A stretch of DNA of 59,227 nt, counting the filler. It is 7 parts of 7 records of this genome, joined end to end, with 100 filler letters (N's around TTAATTAATTAA, not from the genome) between each part and the next. Parts side by side here need not be neighbours in the genome. Positions count along the whole stretch, not along the records: positions 52,377 to 59,227 come from DRR723986_94487; 6 more parts are not named here. One strand, 5' to 3'. The notes below the pieces were generated by a model. That model saw only the letters and a list, made by a program, of their open reading frames with translations, made no database searches and had not been told where the DNA came from. Position 1 is the stretch's first letter, and each line of letters opens with the position of its first letter. This document shows, in pieces, positions 53,807 through 59,227 of the stretch. The position numbers and the translations under genes are program-made.

Positions 53807-55093
53807 CTACCTTTTATTGATCGATTCAAATGCTCTATAGGTTTCACCAGTGTAAAGTTGTCTTGGTCTTCCAATAGGCTCTTTACGTAAACGCATTTCT
53901 CTCCATTGTGCAATCCATCCTGGTAATCTACCTAAGGCAAACATAACTGTAAACATTTCTACAGGAATTCCCATAGCTCTGTAAATAATACCTGAATAAA
54001 AATCTACATTTGGATAAAGCTTTCTATCGACAAAATATTGATCCTCTAAAGCTTCTTTTTCTAATCCCTTGGCTATGTCTAATATAGGATCTTCAACACC
54101 TAAATCTCCTAGCACTTCGTCTGCTGCAACTTTAATAATTTTAGCACGTGGATCAAAGTTTTTATAAACACGGTGACCAAAGCCCATTAAACGGAATGGA
54201 TCTTCTTTATCTTTTGCTTTAGTCATATACTTCTTAGTATCACCGCCATCTTTTTTAATGGCTTCAAGCATTTCTAATACAGCCTGATTTGCACCACCAT
54301 GCAATGGTCCCCAAAGTGCAGAAATACCAGCCGATAGCGACACAAACAATCCTGCATGAGATGAGCCTGTTATTCTCACCGTAGAGGTAGAACAGTTTTG
54401 CTCATGATCAGCATGCAATATTAATAATTTATCTAATGCATCTACTAAAATCGGATTCTGCTCATAGTCTTTGTTCGGGCTTTTAAACATCATTTTTAAG
54501 ACATTTTCTACATAACCTAAACTATCATCTCCATACTCTAATGGCAAACCATGTTTTTTACGCATCGTCCATGCAACAAGTACAGGAAATTTACCTAATA
54601 TACGTACAATGGCGTTATACATTTCCTCTTCTGAATTAACATCTACAGAAGAAGGATTAAAAGCTGTTAAAGCACTAGTTAATGATGATAAAACACCCAT
54701 TGGATGTGCAGACTTAGGAAAAGCATCTAATATCTTCTTAACATCATCATCTACAACCGAATGAGATTTTATATCTGTATGAAATTTTTCTAATTCTTCC
54801 TGATTTGGTAATTCACCAAAAATGAGCAGATATGCCACTTCTAAAAAATCTGCTTTTTCAGCTAATTCTTCAATGGAATATCCTCTATATCTTAAAATCC
54901 CTTTTTCCCCATCTAAAAATGTAATGGCACTCTCGCAACTACCTGTATTTTTATAACCAGGATCAATTGTTATAACACCACCTGAAGCACCACGCAGTTT
55001 CTTAATATCTATAGCAACTTCATTTTCCGATCCAACAACGAGAGGAAATTCATACCTTTCGCCATTAATTTCAAGGGTAGCTTTATCTGACAT
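53807..55093 (-). CDS. gltA: Citrate synthase
   Basis: LHADHEQNCS, GPLHGGAN, MGFGHRVYK and YPNVDFYSG motifs. Confidence 0.97.
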   Translation of the reverse strand: MSDKATLEINGERYEFPLVVGSENEVAIDIKKLRGASGGVITIDPGYKNTGSCESAITFLDGEKGILRYRGYSIEELAEKADFLEVAYLLIFGELPNQEELEKFHTDIKSHSVVDDDVKKILDAFPKSAHPMGVLSSLTSALTAFNPSSVDVNSEEEMYNAIVRILGKFPVLVAWTMRKKHGLPLEYGDDSLGYVENVLKMMFKSPNKDYEQNPILVDALDKLLILHADHEQNCSTSTVRITGSSHAGLFVSLSAGISALWGPLHGGANQAVLEMLEAIKKDGGDTKKYMTKAKDKEDPFRLMGFGHRVYKNFDPRAKIIKVAADEVLGDLGVEDPILDIAKGLEKEALEDQYFVDRKLYPNVDFYSGIIYRAMGIPVEMFTVMFALGRLPGWIAQWREMRLRKEPIGRPRQLYTGETYRAFESINKR

Positions 55094-55272
55094 ATATCTT
55101 TTTGAGTTTTAATTTTTAAGGACTGTAAATTTACGAAATATCAAAGGATTTAAGAAGTAGATTTATAACCGTTTTAACACTTCCATTAACTTAAGTTAAA
55201 ATGTTAAGTATTTTGATTAATTAAAGACCTAATTGATATTATTTTTACATTTTTATGACACTAGCTTTAGAT

Positions 55273-56031
55273 ATGAAGAGAATACTTTTTTTTATACTAT
55301 TTCTAATAACCTTTAGCACTACTGGACAGGCGCAAATAGTCAATGTAGAGTCATTACGACAAGTAAGTGATTCTTCTAAGTGGTCTGGTTCTGCGAGTGT
55401 GGACGTTGCACTTATTGAAAATAGTCGTTCCATTTTTAGACTTACAAATAGACTCCGGTTACAGTACAGCTCTAAAAAAAGTCTATATTTATTTATCAAT
55501 GATATTAATCTGCAAAAGATTGATGAAAATTCATTAGTGAATCGTGGTATACATCATATTCGATATAATAGATATCTCAATGATAATTTAAAGCTTGAAG
55601 CGTTTGTACAAAGTCAGTATGATGCTATCTCCAACATAGACTTTAGAGGTTTGTTAGGTGTCGGTTTGAGAAAAAAACTATCTAAAAATGATAAGTACAG
55701 ATTTTTTCTTGGCTCATTAATTATGTACGAATATGAAGAAGCTACTATTACTTCAATTGAACCTTTGAGAGATTTTAGAAATAGCACATATTTATCCTTT
55801 AGTTTATACCCAAAAGAAAATATATCAATCGTAAGTACAACTTATTACCAACCGTTACTCAAACGATTCTCTGATTTTAGAATTTCTAATGAAACAACTA
55901 TAGCATTTAAAGTTCTTAAGAATATGGCATTTAAAACATCCTTTATTTATAATTATGATGCTAAACCAATTATTGGGATTCCTAACACCCAATACGAACT
56001 CACCAATGGTTTGGTATATTCGTTTGATTAA
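55273..56031 (+). CDS. DUF481-like outer-membrane beta-barrel protein
   Basis: Signal peptide then QIVNVESLR; TTYYQP; aromatic C-terminus YSFD. Confidence 0.75.
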   Translation: MKRILFFILFLITFSTTGQAQIVNVESLRQVSDSSKWSGSASVDVALIENSRSIFRLTNRLRLQYSSKKSLYLFINDINLQKIDENSLVNRGIHHIRYNRYLNDNLKLEAFVQSQYDAISNIDFRGLLGVGLRKKLSKNDKYRFFLGSLIMYEYEEATITSIEPLRDFRNSTYLSFSLYPKENISIVSTTYYQPLLKRFSDFRISNETTIAFKVLKNMAFKTSFIYNYDAKPIIGIPNTQYELTNGLVYSFD

Positions 56032-56036
56032 TATTC

Positions 56037-56068
56037 AAAAAAAAGCTTCTCAAATTGAGAAGCTTTTT
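56037..56068. terminator. Bidirectional terminator
   Basis: AAAAAGCTTCTCAA / TTGAGAAGCTTTTT between convergent genes. Confidence 0.8.
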
Positions 56069-56088
56069 AAATTTTATAGAAGACTGCC

Positions 56089-57396
<1,308 letters not shown>

Positions 57397-57492
57397 TTAT
57401 TATTGATTGTTTCAAAATTACGAAAATCTATAGCGCAAAACAGAACAAAAATCATATTTGCTATTAATATTTACGATAATGTTTTCGTAATT

Positions 57493-57530
57493 AAAAAAAC
57501 GCAATAAATTCTCAGTTATATTGCGTTTTT
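57493..57530 (-). terminator. Terminator after carA
   Basis: AAAAACGCAATA / TATTGCGTTTTT stem. Confidence 0.7.
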
Positions 57531-57534
57531 ACTA

Positions 57535-58638
57535 TTAGTTATTTTTAATATTTTCAATGAATTGGTCAAACAAATAAACCGAATCATTTGGTCCTGGACT
57601 TGCCTCTGGATGATACTGAACCGAGAAACAATTCTTATCCTTAATTTTTATACCTGCTACGGTATTATCATTTAAATGAACATGTGTAATCTCCACATTT
57701 TCATTTGCCTCTGTATCTTCCCTACTAATAGCAAATCCATGATTTTGAGAAGTTATTTCACCTTTACCAGTAATTAAATTCTTTACCGGGTGATTAATAC
57801 CTCTATGACCATTATGCATTTTGTAGGTTGATATACCATTAGCTAATGCTATAACCTGGTGACCTAAACAAATACCAAATAATGGCTTATTACGTGATAT
57901 AATCTCTTTAGCTACCTCTTGAGCCTCAACTAATGGTTCTGGATCACCAGGTCCATTTGACAAGAAATAACCATCTGGATTGAAAGCTTCTAAATCTTCA
58001 AATTTAGAGTTGTATGGAAATACTTTAATATAAGCGTCGCGCTTTGCTAAATTTCTAAGGATGTTCTTTTTAATTCCTATATCTAAAGCTGCTATTTTAT
58101 ATGATGCGTTCTCATCACCAAAATAATAAGGTTCTTTAGTTGACACCTTTGATGCTAACTCTAAACCATTCATATCTGGCTGCTTAGCAAGTTGTTTCTT
58201 AAGATCGTCAATATTATCCACTTCTGTAGTTATAACCGCATTCATAGCTCCATTATCTCTAATGTAACTCACTAGAGCACGCGTATCTACATCTGCTATT
58301 GCTAATGTATTATGCTTTTCAAAATAGTCTTCTAATGATGCATCACCTGCTGGTCTAGAATACTCAAAACTAAAATTTTTACAAATCAATCCTGCGATTT
58401 TTACTGTATCAGATTCATTTTCATCTTCTTTAGTACCATAATTACCAATGTGGGCATTTGTGGTTACCATTAGCTGACCATAATATGATGGATCAGTAAA
58501 TATTTCCTGATAACCAGTTGTACCTGTATTAAAACATACTTCACCAAATGCGGTACCTTCTTTCCCTATAGATTTACCATGGAAAATTGTTCCGTCTGCT
58601 AATAAAATGAGTGCCTTTTTTCTTTGTTTGTATTTCAT
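57535..58638 (-). CDS. carA: Carbamoyl-phosphate synthase small subunit
   Basis: GYQEIFTDPSY, SNGPGDP, GICLGHQ and QYHPEASPGP motifs. Confidence 0.97.
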   Translation of the reverse strand: MKYKQRKKALILLADGTIFHGKSIGKEGTAFGEVCFNTGTTGYQEIFTDPSYYGQLMVTTNAHIGNYGTKEDENESDTVKIAGLICKNFSFEYSRPAGDASLEDYFEKHNTLAIADVDTRALVSYIRDNGAMNAVITTEVDNIDDLKKQLAKQPDMNGLELASKVSTKEPYYFGDENASYKIAALDIGIKKNILRNLAKRDAYIKVFPYNSKFEDLEAFNPDGYFLSNGPGDPEPLVEAQEVAKEIISRNKPLFGICLGHQVIALANGISTYKMHNGHRGINHPVKNLITGKGEITSQNHGFAISREDTEANENVEITHVHLNDNTVAGIKIKDKNCFSVQYHPEASPGPNDSVYLFDQFIENIKNN

Positions 58639-58700
58639 GTGTTGTGTTAAGTATTAACATTCCCAATATAAAAATGGAAACAAAAGTTTTGCAAAATTCC

Positions 58701-58734
58701 AAAAAAAAAGGATAAACTGAAACAGTTTATCCTT
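58701..58734 (-). terminator. Terminator after rplQ
   Basis: AAGGATAAACTG / CAGTTTATCCTT stem with an A-run. Confidence 0.8.
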
Positions 58735-58759
58735 GATATTTATTAATGCTTATTAACAT

Positions 58760-59227
58760 TTATTCTTCTTCGTTAGTAGCTTGAGTATCTACAGGTGGAG
58801 TAGTTGCGGCTTTCTTACCACCTCTTCTACTTCTTCTTGTAGTTTTCTTAGCAGGTTTACCAGCGTTGTATAACTCATTGTAATCTACTAATTCAATCAT
58901 TGCCATATCAGCATTATCACCTAATCGATTTCCTAATTTGATGATTCTTGTATATCCACCAGGACGATCACCTACTTTAGCGGCTACATCTCTAAACAAT
59001 TCTGCTACAGCATCCTTTTGTCTTAATTTAGCCATAACTAAACGTCTGTTGTGAGTTGTATCCGTTTTAGATTTTGTAATCATTGGCTCTACATACTGCT
59101 TTAAAGCTTTAGCTTTTGCTACTGTTGTATTAATTCGCTTATGCTCAATTAATGAACAAGCCATGTTAGCTAACATTGCTTTTCTGTGTGCAGTTTGTCT
59201 TCCTAAGTGGTTGAATTTTTTTCCGTG
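58760..59227 (-). CDS. rplQ: 50S ribosomal protein L17 (start just beyond the window edge)
   Basis: Frame is open to the window end as [29 protein letters not shown] and RLGDNA motifs. Confidence 0.97.
   Translation of the reverse strand, partial: HGKKFNHLGRQTAHRKAMLANMACSLIEHKRINTTVAKAKALKQYVEPMITKSKTDTTHNRRLVMAKLRQKDAVAELFRDVAAKVGDRPGGYTRIIKLGNRLGDNADMAMIELVDYNELYNAGKPAKKTTRRSRRGGKKAATTPPVDTQATNEEE

Overview
This window is not one locus. It joins seven contig fragments with identical 100-nt linkers (44 N + TTAATTAATTAA + 44 N), so adjacency across a linker means nothing. Taxon labels below are inferred from gene content and style. (1) 1-18646, Bacteroidota, Cyclobacteriaceae-like: arsenic-resistance operon, PL10 pectate lyase, Na+/alanine symporter, Zn peptidase, an AraC / YidR-like / DapA-family / SSS catabolic cluster, a degenerate glycoside-hydrolase-like ORF and a sensor lacking its ATPase domain next to a receiver protein. 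(2) 18747-25436, Flavobacteriaceae-like: murQ, DUF4249 + TonB-dependent receptor, monomeric IDH. (3) 25537-30610: alternative complex III actA-actB-actC and a partial tRNA-Cys. (4) 30711-35945, higher-GC, Marinobacter-like: an S-layer-type RTX gene split by one extra C in a C6 run, a structured 3' trailer, and a convergent RTX/DUF4214 gene. (5) 36046-41183, unknown taxon: DUF4365-type nuclease, membrane protein, Mrr remnant. (6) 41284-52276, Flavobacteriales: two tRNAs, mscL, a DUF4011 SF1 helicase, metF, lepA, HYR protein. (7) 52377-59227, Flavobacteriaceae housekeeping genes: gltA, eno, carA, rplQ. No CRISPR array, rRNA or intact mobile element was seen. The best leads are the frameshifted S-layer gene with its loop-E hairpin trailer, the Hhe-like helicase lacking its nuclease, and the defence-like contig 5. 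All family assignments come from motif recognition, not database searches.
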